Program-made: the position numbers and the translations under genes
Shown here: positions 13,248 to 26,691 of the stretch, one piece after another
Layout of the letters: every line of letters begins with the position of its first letter
Numbering within the stretch: position 1 is the first letter of the stretch
The notes under the pieces: model-generated
What the model was told of the DNA's origin: nothing
Database searches by the model: none
What the model saw: the letters and a program-made list of their open reading frames with translations, nothing else
Assembly (NCBI GenBank): GCA_965645245.1
Contig: OZ287071.1
Coordinates: 1,798,001-1,862,000 of the forward strand
From: Massalongia carnosa
Taxonomy: Eukaryota
Length of the DNA stretch: 64,000 nucleotides
Reading direction: 5' to 3'

Positions 13248-16200
13248 TCAATCCAAGCGCCCCCCTTCCAGACTCCTCCTTACAGACCCAAACCCCCGCC
13301 GTAGCAATTCATGAACATCAACGCTCCTCCTCGAATGCCTTTTCGCCTTTGCGCCGCTATCATCTTGGTTGCCGTCCTCGCCGTCATCACCTTGGCTTTT
13401 GGGCCTTTCCCCCAGATACTCGTTCTTTATTCCAGCGCCACCACCGGCGCCACCGCCCTCGGACAGCTGTCGCCTCCGCACCACTGTCGCACCCATGACC
13501 GCTCGCGGCCGCTCCAATAGCAACCGCACATCATCTTCGCGGCGCCGTTGCTCCTCCTCCTCCTCCTCCTCCTGCTCCAATCTCGTCATCGCATCCCCTT
13601 CCTGAGCTTGAGCGCGTCTGATCTCTTCATCACGCTCGGAATCGCCACTACTATGACAGTTCATGCCCAAGTCGGCAGCGAGCTCTAATCGGGCTTGCAC
13701 CCCTTCATCCTTCTCCAGCTCCTGGAACATGTCGATGTCCCCCGGCGCCCACGCCATCCGTATGCTCTTGGCCGCAATCTCAAAGGCCCAGCAGGCGACA
13801 ACGATCAAGATAAGTGTGAGCCACCAAAGCGCGTTCCTACCGAATCGTTGTAGGAAGCCATCACGGACGTTATAGATGACATTATTAGTGTATAGGGCGC
13901 TAAGGATAAGGTCCCAGAGGCACCAACCGCCAATGCTTAGGAACATGGCCGCAAGGCAGGTTATGCTTTTGTTGTGAATTTCAAGGAATTGAAGTTTTGT
14001 CACGATTAGAAGAACACAAGCAGAGAAGGTTAATGTGCCCATGGCGTACAGGTTGTTATCATCGGTGAAGAGAGCCTGGCCATACAGCCCGAGCATGATG
14101 AAAAAGATAATCATGGCCTCGGCACTAGCCATAAAGACCCACCAGGCATAGATGGCGAGGTTGAAGCCGCCGTTATGATGGCCAAGGGTGTACAGCTCGG
14201 GGACGGCGAGGAGGGTAGTAGGCGCTAGGTCTTTCTCGAAAATTCCCAAGAAGATGACGGGCAAGGAGGTAAAGAGCGTGTTGAACATGGAGAGGGACCA
14301 GGATTCGTAGAGAGAGGTGCCGGTGTAGCCTGCGTAACGCTGGTATAGGGCTTGGGTTAGAAAGAAAAGCATTTCTTTCCAAAAAGTGCCTAGTGTGTAT
14401 TTGCAAGTGCGGATGTAGTTCCAGCGCCCATGGACGAGTAGTAGTTTCAGGAGGAAGCGGAACTGCGCGATGGAGTAATCGGACGTGCGTGCGGCTTGGA
14501 GACCTTCCTTTCCTGTGATGCCAATCCCTACATGTGCCTCTTGGATCATGGCGATATCATTGGCACCGTCACCAATAGCGAGAGTAACTGCATTCTTCAC
14601 CTTCTTGCAGATGGTATGCACGAGGTAAGCCTTTTGGGCAGGAGATGCGCGACAGCAGATCACCGAGTCGACGATAACGGCTAAGTCAATGAAGAGCTTC
14701 TTCACTGTGTCATTGGCTTCGATTAGAGCAAGGGTCTGGCCATCGACCACAACGACAGAGTGAGCAACTTGACCTCGATTGATCTCGACAAAGGCGTTTG
14801 CAATGCACTGTTCGACTTCCCCAGTCTCGTGGTCAAGAATTGTTATTGATGAATAGTCCTTGATCAATCGACAGGAATGGCCAATATTGATGGCTGTTTC
14901 GCGTTTGTCGCCCGTCAACATCCATAGTTTAATCTTGGCTCGACGAAGTTTCTCTATCGCTTCGGGAACGCCGTCTTGCAGCTTGTCTTCGATTGCAGTG
15001 GCACCCGCTAGTTCCAGGTTCGTCTCAACCAGATTGCCCGCCTTCTCAACCATTGCTTGCCGATTGGTAAGGCTTGTTGAAGCGTCACGATAAAGCTTCT
15101 TCCATGAATTATACTCATCTTCTTCCAAGAATCTGTAGCCATAAAGTAGCGTTCTTAGACCCTCTGTCGCAAAGTCATTGATATGTTGAAAGCATCGTTC
15201 GAAGACTACTGCGTCATCCACAACCATGGCCTCCTCTACCAACTCTTCGCTTTCGTCGCCTTGAAACGATGACCTGCCTGATCCTGGCGAAAATGTAAGG
15301 CTTGAAGGAAAATGAACCGAAGGGCGCGGTGTATAGGCGGCTTGGTTGTCTTGCGACGAAAAGTCGACATCAGTCTCCCGATCTCGAAGCCAGTGATCAA
15401 AATCATCTCGAATTGGGCGAAGTCTCCTGGCCACCAAGCTCGGTCGTGGGATACCACCCAAACTGTGGCGATTCATACTCAAACTCGATCGAGCCATGCT
15501 GGTCTTCCGGTTGCGATGCTCGCTATCACGTCTGATAGCTTCCTGGGCCTCTAAGCTCTTCCTTTTACTAACACGGCGTTCGATCAGTATAGCTTTATCA
15601 ATAGCTAAACTAGACAACCTCAAAAGTTGGGCAATCGTCGAGTCAGCACCTTTGCAAAAAACGCAAATGCGATTATCAGGCATTCGAACGATGATCGACA
15701 TTCTCTTCCTGTTGCTGGAGAACCCGATCACATCAAGGATCTGATAGATCTCATAAGCTAGTTCACCCTCGTCACCCAAAGGGTTGGTTTGGAGAGTTAT
15801 GGAAGCATTTTGCCTATCAATCACCATGTAACCAAGTTCCTGTGCAGCCCGCACCAAAGCTTGCTCATCCGGTGACGCGGCTTGGTATGTGATCGCACCG
15901 TCCTCGCGCCTTTCGGGTATGCAAGTATGGCAAAGAGAGATTGAAAGTAAGAACATTCGGGTCTTCCGTGCAAACGTCGTATGTGGCTTAACCTGAATAT
16001 ATCGCAGAAGCTCTGCAGTCCGCAGCTCCGGCTGAGCCATAGAGGGTTTGGTTGAGCGTTTCCAACCTGAGCCTGAGGAGCTTTTAGGACCCCACGGGGA
16101 ATCACTCGAAGGTCCTGCAGGAGGAGTTGTATCCGAGTTTTCCTGCAATCCACCACTGACACAATGGATGTTTTGAGATCGCATGGGTTTCTTTCCTTTG

Positions 16201-18454
16201 CAGCGAGGTTTTTTTGAGACAGTTCGTTGAACGGTGTTGCCTATAGCTTCCTTTTCAATATCTGGATCATGAAGCCACGCTGTGCCTGCAACGCTCATTT
16301 TTTGAAATTGCATCGAGTTATTAGTCAGTGTACCGGTTTTATCAGAGAAGATGTAGCTAAGATTATGTTAGCCCAGACACAAGAACCCTGGCAAACAACA
16401 TACTTCACTTGACCCAGTTCCTCGTTGATTGTTGAAGTTCTTGCTTCCATAGGGGTATTGGAGTCCTCGTCATACATGTCAACATCATCCATCAAGACCA
16501 ACTGGAAAAGTTTGACAACTTCCAAGCTGACGTACAGCGAAAGTGGAACCATTGTGTTGAACAGGATGATAAAAGAAGATAGGATGGGAAAGAAAGCAAC
16601 ACTGGCTTGTTGTAGATACCAAGATTTCTCCTCTTTTGCTTCAGACCAGATCTGATATGCTATAGTGTTGAATGTGGCAAGAGCGAGAACAAAAAGCACA
16701 ATGATAATAATAACTTTGTTTACTACGGCTTGCAGAGACGGTGCTTTTATTCGAGGATTCTTAGTTGCGTTCATTCTGATCTTGCATTCTTCGCCCGTGT
16801 AGATTACCATGCCGTATAGCTCGGCAGTGTTCCTCAAAATGCTTCCACGATACACAATCTCGCTATTAGTTAACGGAAGGGTCTCGCCTGCAATTGAGCA
16901 TTTGCCCTCGAAATTGTATAAGTCAAGATTGGGATCTTCAACGACGAAATGAGCCTCACATTGGCGTATGGCTTCAAAACTTCCGCAGTTCCTTGCTAAC
17001 GAAGGCAACGCTTCTTTGCTCTTCAAATTTGTCTCTCCATCTAGAGCCATGGTTTCAACGTATGCAATGCCATTCATTCCTTTTGCGTTTAATATGACAA
17101 GATCCGCCGGGGCAGCTTCATCGCGCGCAAGCCTAACGATATCACCAACCCGAACATCCCTCCATTTGATGTTTACCAAGTGTTTAGGTTCAGAGGCTAT
17201 TGAAACTAATCCCTTACTTCTATTAGTGGTGATGCTTCCTCTAAGGCTCGATGTAACTGGATTGCAGGCCTCCAAGATCGATGTCAGTCGGTTGTTTTCA
17301 CCTTTGTCAAGCCTATAGCGGCGCATATCATCGTAACCTTCTTTAGCCATTGAGAGGGTAACAAAGAAAGTCAAGGGGACAATCGTAGTATAATTTCCCG
17401 TGGTACTCAGACCAGGGATCATTTGCAGAATCGAGACGCAAAGGAAATAGAAATTGGCCAACTTCGAGAATTGAGCAAAGAGTTGGCGTGGCAGAAAATT
17501 CCAGACAGTATATCTACATGACCGGATTACATTGTCGATGTAGGCCCGTCCAGTTCTCTCATCGATCTGCGACTCTTTACGGCTTTCATCAAGGTGGAGA
17601 TGCCGTCCATCTTTTGAGCACGGTATATTGTGTATATGAAGCAAGATATCGCTAGCCTTATGATAGAGAGTTTTTAGTTTTACAAGGAGGTTCGACTTGG
17701 CTGCTGTGTTCTTAACCCAGCTCTCATAATGCGGCAAGAAAGACGATTTTTGTACAGCCTTTGCAGGTCTTAAGGCTCGGTCCACATCATCTAGCATGGG
17801 AGCTATGGTAATGGTTGTTCCTGATTTCTTGTTGAAATAAGGCCCACTATCTAATTGCGATGACCCGCAGACATGTGTAGGCCTGAGACCTGCTTGCATC
17901 TCCAAGAGAGAGCCATTACCTTGAGACTGGCCGTTGATATTGCGAGCTAACAGTGCTCTGCGCAGAGAAAATCCGCGATCTCGGGTTCGGGTCGGTATTG
18001 GTAGGTTGGGAGGTAAAAATCTAGCCCGGCTCGTACCTGAGGATGTTGGCGAGGGATTGCCTAAAGATGATCCACTACTGCCCTCGTCGACCCTTGTATC
18101 TTGCACGTTGCTTACCCTTCGTGTATCAGTCGATAGACTGGGAGTTGATGAGAGTTCCGTGGTTCTCCTTGATACTTCCTCGTCCTGGGAACGGTGTTTG
18201 TCAACTGCTAGAGCAGACCTCTGCTCCTTGAGAGAGTTGCCACGGGTCATACTTGATGCCAGCTTAGCTCGTGAGGCGGATGACATCGAAGGCGACACAG
18301 GTTTAGGAGCAAGGATGGAGCTGCCTTCGGAGCTTTGTACCCCTTGGGTGTTGCCATCTTCGACCGTATCGTTCAAATCCTTGTATTCGCGCCGTGCCTC
18401 TTCTCGACAAGGATCATTCTCCTGAATCACGCCATCATGCTCTTCCGCTGCCAT
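13248..18454 (-). CDS. DNF3: P4-type phospholipid-translocating ATPase (Dnf3-like flippase)
   Basis: ETMALDGETNLK, PLSLYV, EELGQV|..YIFSDKTGTLT (phosphorylation motif restored by splicing the 47-nt intron 16357-16403), SPDEQALV, KLWMLTGDKRETA, AIGDGANDIAMIQ. The long N-terminal extension suggests the Dnf3 clade. Confidence 0.93.
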
Positions 18455-19236
18455 CTTGACTTGGAGTTCTCTTTCATTGAGAATCTACGCATGCAGCGCT
18501 TTCATAGGGGGTTTCGGTAAGAATGTGTCGACTAGTCCATCTCGATTGTACATTTGTTGTCGTCACTCCGAATTGGGTGTCTGATGCAGCCTTGCCTGAT
18601 TAAGCTCAAAAGAATCAGCAAAAGAGGGAAAATAAAGATGAGGGAGAAACCCTGCCTCCTTATTACACGGTGTATTTTTTGAACTCCACCATAGAAGTTT
18701 TTAACGGCGTCTTGACATCGCAGAGTGACGCCAGATAACTAGTTTAGTTAGCCAAATGTTAATCAGGCATGCTTACCACGCGCTCACTATTACCTATCCT
18801 ACGAATCACAAGCCAACTTAACCTGTGAATATGTACTCTAACGAATATAGCATTTGGATTGAAACATTATATATAGTATGGTAGAGCAGTGTTCAAGTCA
18901 TCGTTCAACTACGCTGGCAGCACGGAGCACGGAGCACTCCGCAACTATACGAATATGCTCCTGATTCAAACCCTCGGTTACCAGACAGAGACTATTATGG
19001 CGCGGAACGGCTGTAGTGGTCAAGGGTTAGAAGTTTGAACTGATTAATATCTGGTCATAGCTAGCATTGCACATATCCAGAGACAGTAGAAGGCACAGCT
19101 CCTCAGAGCAAACAGGCCAAAGAAAACGGGGGCGAGAAGCGAATAAAAGAACGCTGCGATCCCCCATGTGCCGGACAGACAGATACGCAGGTTGCCAGAT
19201 TGCCCCCCAGCTCCATGAGACCCGTACCCCAAAACT

Positions 19237-19300
19237 CCGGCATCGAGTATTCCCGGCATCGAGTATTCCCGGCATCGAGTATTCCCGGCATCGAGTATTT
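19237..19300. repeat. Tandem repeat, 16-bp unit CCGGCATCGAGTATTC, about 4 copies
   Basis: Head-to-tail copies with no spacers, just downstream of the homeobox gene stop. Confidence 0.9.
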
Positions 19301-19477
19301 CCAGGATTGATTAAGCGCAGGATATTGCCATTTGTTTACAGCCATCAAGCGAAACCTCCCCTTCAGATAAGGCGTTACCACCACCCGCCTCCAGATAACC
19401 CCTGTGAAGATGTGAAATTCAATCAACGCCTATCCTTTCCCTTAGGCTATCATAGCTTCTTCTGCAAGCCGAGTCGA

Positions 19478-21365
19478 TTACATCCCAATGTTCTCCGGAC
19501 TTAGGCTCGACGGGTCTATGGTTCCGAACGCAACCATGTTGTGTAGATCCATTTCCTCGCTTGAAGACTCCTCGTGCATATGAAGAGCCATACCTAGGTC
19601 CTCAACTCCAGGTGAGTGCATGGGTAAATTGAGATTTTGCTTCGAATACATCTCGCTAAGTAATAATCCATCGTCCGACATGCTGGAGCGGTGGTCCTGG
19701 GATATGGTGAGAAATTCAGCCGATGGACTGCGGTGCATGTTAGATAAAGGAGGTGACTGATCAGCAATCACTGGGTCTCCATGGCCCAAGGTAGACAGAG
19801 GCGAAACAGAAGGGTGAATCATGTTTGGATGCTCCACCATAGGCGAGAGAAATGGTAGACTATATGATGGATTGAAGCTGCTGGCAGGAATTCCTTCCAT
19901 GTGCGCCCCTGCAGTGTAGAATGGAGGACTGGCGTAATCAGATGGGGAGGTAGTGGTCGCTGCTGACATTGGATACGTTCGGAAATCTAAGCCGTAACCA
20001 GAGGTTGTGTCGATTCGTAGATTTGGTCCCATTGGTCCAAGATGAGAATGGTGTTGAGGTATTGGCGCGTAAATGCTAGCATCGTTCATGGTGGTGGACG
20101 GATGTTGGATATGGAATGATGGCATGGGAGACTGGAGCAACGAAAAGTCAACTGCCACAGGGACAGATCTGCTGCGAGTTCGCTTGTGGCCTCGCGGGCC
20201 AGGATGTAAGTTCATGCCAAATGGATTTTCTTGGAATATGGCGAGATGTGGATGTGACATGTGGTTCGGTTGGGAAGCTGGTCGAGGAACGATAGGAGAC
20301 ATGGGAGCGGGCATTGACAGAGCATGGGTGTCGAACGGGTTGTGTCGATTCTGGAAAGCTTCGAGAGACACCAGCTTTGCAAGCTGGCCACTCAGCACCC
20401 TAGGATGACCCCCTAGATGATGCACCATGATCTGGGAGGCTTGCTGTTCTTCCGTAAAATCGCCGCATTGGTTGAAGCCGCCAGTCCCGGATGAGTCCAT
20501 GAAGAAATTTGGGGGGCGGTTCAGCTCTATGCAAAGCCCTCGAGGCCTTAAAGGCATACCATGGGCGTCTTCGGGAGCGTCTGCATTTTCCAGCGTGATG
20601 TTTTTGATATATGAAAACGGAAACTCAATTTTGTAGCCAGCCGACTCATTGTTGATGTAATAAGTGAGACAAGCCTTATCGGGCACATAGAAGATGACTA
20701 GGTCCATGGCGTTTTGGCCTACACGGCGCCAAGATCCTATACTCAAAGACTTGCAAGTAAAATGGTGGATGACTGGTCTCGGATCAGTAAAGCCCTGCCT
20801 ATTGAACCAGACTTTTCAACTCACCAACTTTTCCAGGCGCATTCGATTCTGCATTCAAAAAATTGCCAACGCTACCGTAAGGACTCAACCCCTGCGAGCG
20901 CCCAAAGAAATCTCTAGTGAGCGACTTTCCCGATTCTTGGGCTTGCAATGCTAGGTAATGACGCATGGAGTCTGGTATGGCATCGCAATCTTCACCAGTC
21001 TCGATGCTTTTTTTGGCGAGTAGTTTGATCTTGGCACGTCTAAAAGCTATTAGCATTCGGCTTAACCATCTTCCAGAAAATACCGACCTGTTCTGAAACC
21101 AGATTTGAACCGAGCGTTCGGTCATGCTAATATCCTGAGCTATACGCTCACGGACGGGCGCGGTGGGCGTAGGATTCTTGTTGAATTCCACTTCCAGCGT
21201 CACCAGCTGATCCTGTGTCGCTCTTTGACGTTTCTGATTCTTTTGTTGTTGTGTAAGCGTGCTTTTTCTGGGAGGCCGACGGGAATTAGTAGGGCCGACG
21301 GTGGCCGACACCGTAGGCGAAGGTGTTGAGGTTGACATAATGTCAAGAGAGCTTGGGGACTGCAT
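19478..21365 (-). CDS. Homeodomain transcription factor (Pho2/Phx1-like), multi-exon
   Basis: [54 protein letters not shown], followed by [10 protein letters not shown]...GYKIEFPF...[11 protein letters not shown]. Start is either 21365 or 21338. Confidence 0.9.
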
Positions 21366-22756
21366 CAATCAGGGTAGAAAGTGCACCAAGCCTCTTTGAT
21401 TTGTGTGCTTTTTTCAGGGAAAACCGAAAGTGTTCTAGAATGTTTACAAACGGATGAACTTCGAACGTCGCGTATGGACAAGTTGAGAACAAATATGTAG
21501 TATCTTGTAGAGGAGGCTGGGATGACTAATTACTGGAGCGGCGTGCTTACGGGACCGATGCTGTAGCAGAGCAGCTACAAAGTCAATAGCGCTGTAGCTT
21601 TGAAGGTGACGAAGAAAAATTGCGTAAAGGACAGTTAAGGCAAAATAAGCCGAAGGAGTGTTATGGACCCGAAAGGAGTGACGGCGTCCGTGAGAGGCAG
21701 AATAAAAAGAAAAGGAATGTGGGGGGAGGGGGGGGAGGTTTTCGAAGTAGGAAGATGGCGACGACGAGAGTGAAAATGATGCTGTTGATATTATCAAAAG
21801 AAGGTCAAGAAAGGAAGGAAAAGGTGGGAGAGGGGAAGATGTCGCCCCTGAGGGAAAACATGCAGGGGTGCCTTGTGTGAGGGGGGGCGGGTGCTAGGGG
21901 TACTGGTCGGTTGACACTAAACTGGAGTGTCGAGGCCGAAGCGCAGGACGAATTAAGGTTCCGATCTTTTTGGGGTATCATGAGCGGTGCCCGTGTGACC
22001 TTGCAGTCTGTAGGCGAGGACTTGGCTTTCGCCTTGCTTGTAGGCACGACAGGAAGTACTCTGCACTGACTACCCTGTACACATTGAGAGCATAGTACTC
22101 TGTATGGAGTATATGAAATACTCTCTGTACAGTACTTCGTAGCCTCCCTCACTCACCCATGTCGGGATCAATACCTTCAGACGTTCTAAGGCACTCGATA
22201 GTATATTCATATTGTTTCTTACTAGCACTCGTCACGATTCTTTGATTCTAGTCCTCGGCATCGAACATTAGGATTTGCCCCGAAACCAACTGCTCCTCGA
22301 AAGCCAAAGAGGGTGTCATGGTTAGAAGGAGAAGGAACAGACCCCCTAATGCACTCCGCTACCTAACTAGTTGCAGCAAAGGAGCACCGAACAAGCACAG
22401 AGTACATAGAACCTCAACGTCTCACTTGCATCTGAAAGCATCGCAAATCCATGCTCCATTGATGACTCGCATATCCAAGGAAAACAGGAAGCAGGAGCAG
22501 CTGTGAATAGGCTAGCCGTGAACCTGTTCCTCATTGAAGCCTTTCGAGGCTAGATGAGTTGGATGTTGCGCCGTTAGATCCGTTGGATCCAATGGTAACG
22601 GTCAGCATGGCTTGCCGCCCGTCAGGAATGGCATGATTCCAGCCAGCCATGGGCGACGAGTGGCGATTTGGGAGTCGCGTGGGAAGACTGATGGTATGCA
22701 AGTTGCCCAAGTACTCGGGCCTAAAAATACCTTTCCAACACTTCCCAGTCGGCAGG

Positions 22757-22758
<2 letters not shown>

Positions 22759-22796
<38 letters not shown>
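22759..22796. repeat. (GT)19 microsatellite
   Basis: Read directly from the sequence. Confidence 0.95.
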
Positions 22797-22799
<3 letters not shown>

Positions 22800-24593
22800 T
22801 GAGTGTGTTTGTCTATGTGGTCGGAGTACTCCGTAAGTTCAGTGGCGGTACTCTGTATTCTCGTTGGTCAGCTCTCTCGCGGTGCATCAGCTCTTCCAAA
22901 AATGCACTTGTGTAGTGACAGGAACAGGCTTAGCGGAATGTTTCAAAACCACGCTAGTCTAGGATCCTTCTGACGCTAAGTTTGCGTGCAGGAAACAAGG
23001 GTCAGGACTCAGGAGTCACTCTGTACAGTGTACTTGCGCCCTCGATTGTGCAACGCATCTGTTCGCACGGAGATTCTGCAGAGTACAGAGCAGGAGAAAC
23101 TCTCTGCGCAATCCAAGATTTTGGTGCTATTCTCGGTTGCAGCATAAGACCCCTTTAACTAACCCCCGTGCAGAGTTCACGGTCCAGAATACTGAATACA
23201 TAGTGAGCTTCCAGGAGCGATAAGGTGGCTCATCCAGAATGGACCTCACTACCTCACCACCTCTGCCGGAATACTAGTTCGTGCCTCCCAGATGCAGAAC
23301 GGCCAAGCAGAAGCCCATGTTCCTCCGAAGTAACAGTCGCTGTGTTGCCGAGACTTGAACACTTGAAGACTAGAGTCGAACCGAAAGACGCCCATTTTGT
23401 TGCGTCAAGCAAGACAAGGACCTCCATAAACCAGGAGTTGCCCACATGACGGCTCGAAGGGAGAAAAAAATACTTGGGCAAGTCTCTCTCTTTTCACCGG
23501 GTTCTGGGCGTGCGCGTTGTTATCCATTACCCGCTGAACTTACCCGCCTTTTCGCTCTTGGCAGAGGCAAAAAGCGCCCTCACTTGGCTCGTTGTGGCTA
23601 CTTCATGACGGCTGGAGGGGCTTTCGCAAGGCTGATAGGGCTGCTTCTAACCTCCCTCTCTCGCTGCTTGGGGGTTCTCGCCGCCTTTGAAAGGCGGGTC
23701 TCTCTCTTTCTCTCTCTTCACTTCTTTGCTCTCTACATATGTATCGAGGTACTACTGGGCCGTTCAGGGGTAGAAATCGAAACAAGCACGACATCGCAGC
23801 GGGAAAACGAGGATTGGGGAATGATGTCGATGATCGTGCCGAACCCTAGTGTCTTTCTCAAACCCCCCAATATGTAATCATTCTAGACAGTGAGCTAGAA
23901 CTTGGCGTTAACCAGATCGCCTCCTATCTTTTTGGTTCTGCAGCGCTGGTACGGTGTATGGAGTACAGTACCATGCGAAATGAACGGATGCGTTTGAAAC
24001 GTTGTAGATAACCTGGCACTTGAATCCGCGGCATCAGAACTGGAAGCTTTAAGTAATAAGAAATGGTAAACTCTCGTTGGCTTTTTCCATGTTCAGACTT
24101 TGAGAATATGAAGGACCCTCATCCCCCCCTTTTTTGTAGCCCCTATACATTTATAGAAAAACCGCAGCTCTCCTACTCATCCTGTTTACCAACGTGTCGT
24201 CTACGAGTTACAAGAGTCTCCATGATAGTTCTCAAGCTTTTAAACAGGTAGCAAACGAACTGATCGAATTCCAGACATGTAGGCAGAATGTGCACACTCG
24301 CTCGGACAAACGTCATGAGGCTCAGGCCACTGTTAAGATCACTTATGAACAAACCCGGAGCGATGTACTTATAGGTATTCTTAAACGTTTAGGTCGTACA
24401 TCTAAGATTTGAGCTTGCCAAGATCAAAACATCACGCCTTCGGGCTGAAGACGTCAGTGAGTCGGGGTTTCCATCCAAGAGTTGCATCAATATCCCTCCG
24501 CATCCGGGGCCTTTACGGCACCTCAAACTCTGTATAGACCTCCAGATTATTCTGCTATGGTGTAACAATCCTCCGTCTCAATCCCACCACAAC

Positions 24594-25492
24594 TCAAGGT
24601 CTCGGGGCTTCAAACCCCTTGCGGTATAGATAGCCGGGCAATTTGGCCTCCCAGCGTGATATCTGAGCATGCATCAGAAGCGTAGAGCGACGAACCGAAA
24701 ATGGCAGCTGCAAGCAACCGAAACACTTACAAAGCTTTTCTGGGGAACGACCCCATCCTTCACCCAGATGCTCCAAAAGCCCATCATATTCGCCATCATT
24801 ACGTCGGTAAAAAGCCGATCCCCCACAACAGCGATCTGGCTCGGCGAATTGACGTTCGCATCCGGTGCTACGTGGCGGAAGTAGTCCATGATTTTAGGGC
24901 CACAGCCGGGCTTTTTCGTGCTGTGTCTCAGGACCTTGACGCCAGTGGCTGTCTCCAAGAGACTGGCTTCTTTCCCTTCAACGTCATCGCCTGTGCCGGC
25001 GGAGTTGCTGACAATCAGAAGGCGTGAGCCCGGGTAGGCTTTACGTAGAGCTTTGAATTTCTCCTACTAGGAAGGTTAGCCCACCTGAATTTCCAAAACA
25101 TGGGGAAACCGCCAAAGAAACTCATGGAGTGGAGCATATGAGCACAAGCTACAGAGTGTTCCGTGATACATCTTACCAAGTAAACCTCCAAGCATAGAAA
25201 AACATCACAACCCACAGCTTCATTTTTAAAGAGGGAAACCATTCATTTTAGGTCTCGCAAATTGACCTACAGCGTATGGCTCGAAGACAGTGTTTTCTTT
25301 CGGTATCGCAAAGCAATCGTCCTTGTCCAGGACAACGGCCCTGATGTCTGAGTTTCGCCTATCAGGGTACGAAGTAAAGGACGAGGAAATGGGGATTGGC
25401 AAGTGATTGAAGGTCGATAGGGTAGCTTGTGGAAGGCAAAGGGCCGGATTCTGGATTAGTCGAAAAACATTGAGAGTGGCGGACACATTCAT
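24594..25492 (-). CDS. GEP4: Phosphatidylglycerophosphatase, HAD IIIA (Gep4/YqeG-like), 3 exons
   Basis: IRAVVLDKDDCF (HAD motif I), LLIVSNSAG, VLRHSTKKPGC, AVVGDRLFTDVMMAN. Confidence 0.9.
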
Positions 25493-25784
25493 TGATGTGC
25501 AACAGTCTGGAGATTACCCAGCAAAACTTGTGACTGGGAAGGGTTGCTCTGTACTCTGCTGTATGGGAGTAACGAACTGCGACTTGTGTACAGAATCCGG
25601 GGTAGTTATGTAACGTACAGTATAGTATTACTTAGCGGTAATCTACTAGTCTGAGTTCTAGTAACGATATTGAGTATCTATATAGATACCTACCTAGGTA
25701 TCCAAGAATAAGGCCGTCAATTCACCTCTTCACCGGTTTTCGAAAGTTCTATCCTCCGGTTTTACCTCAGCGCATACCTCTAAG

Positions 25785-26381
25785 ATGACCAGCACAATTG
25801 GAATACCCATCAAGCTGTTGAACGAAGCTCAGGTAAGTGGATGCAGCCTACAATCACCTGGTGGCCGAAAGCTAACGGACTTCTGTGGGACGAGTAGAAC
25901 CATGTTATCACACTCGAAATTACATCTGGTCAGGTCTACCGAGGCAAATTAATTGAAGGTTGCCCGCCCTCCCTAATTGGCAATACCTTGTCATTACTCG
26001 TTCGCTTTCCCTTCGACTTTCCCAATTTACAAAACCTAATATCTCTTCTTGACTCCGATAGCCGAAGACAATATGAACGTCCAGCTTAAAGACATCACTG
26101 TCACCGCCCGCGACGGTCGAGTCAGCCATCTGGACCAGGTGTATATCCGGGGAAGCCATGTACGATTTTTCATCGTACCGGACATGCTGCGGTATGACAC
26201 TAGCTCCTTGTGTCCCTGGGATCTCAGACACAGGGCTCAACTCAGCTGACATTTCTTGGATTTCAGGAATGCGCCAATGTTCCGCTCACGAGGGACCCGA
26301 GGACGAGGGGTGGGGTTAGCAAGAGGGCGAGCGACTGTCAATCGGGCAAGGGGCCAACGAGGACCAAGAGGTGGGCCGTGA
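25785..26381 (+). CDS. SMD3: Small nuclear ribonucleoprotein Sm D3, 4 exons
   Basis: [87 protein letters not shown]...[14 protein letters not shown]-rich tail. Confidence 0.97.
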
Positions 26382-26691
26382 AGAACCGGGTCGATTTGTT
26401 CCACCGGTATGGGTCTTTGCGATGACAAAGCATTGCGGTTTTGAAGGGGGCGCAGAGGTGATAGCCACAAGTGGCATGACAATGGGCGGCAGAAACTGGG
26501 GGCGATCGTAGTGTTGAAAATCATAAATACCCATCAAATGCACAATACTTCATAAGGTTTATTTCTAGATTGTTTACTCTTCCAATCCTTAAATTTTTAC
26601 TTGCGCAAAATAAAAACCAAGTCCAGCACAACCGCCCCCCCCTTCTTCCTCCTGACTGACTTCCATACTTTTTTTCTATCTCTTCAAACCA

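Noticed and set aside
19237..19300. CRISPR-like array
   Set aside because: Units are head-to-tail without spacers, no cas genes are present, and the context is eukaryotic.
25066..25270. Intronic snoRNA in the enlarged GEP4 intron
   Set aside because: No paired C (RUGAUGA) and D (CUGA) boxes or H/ACA layout seen on the sense strand.
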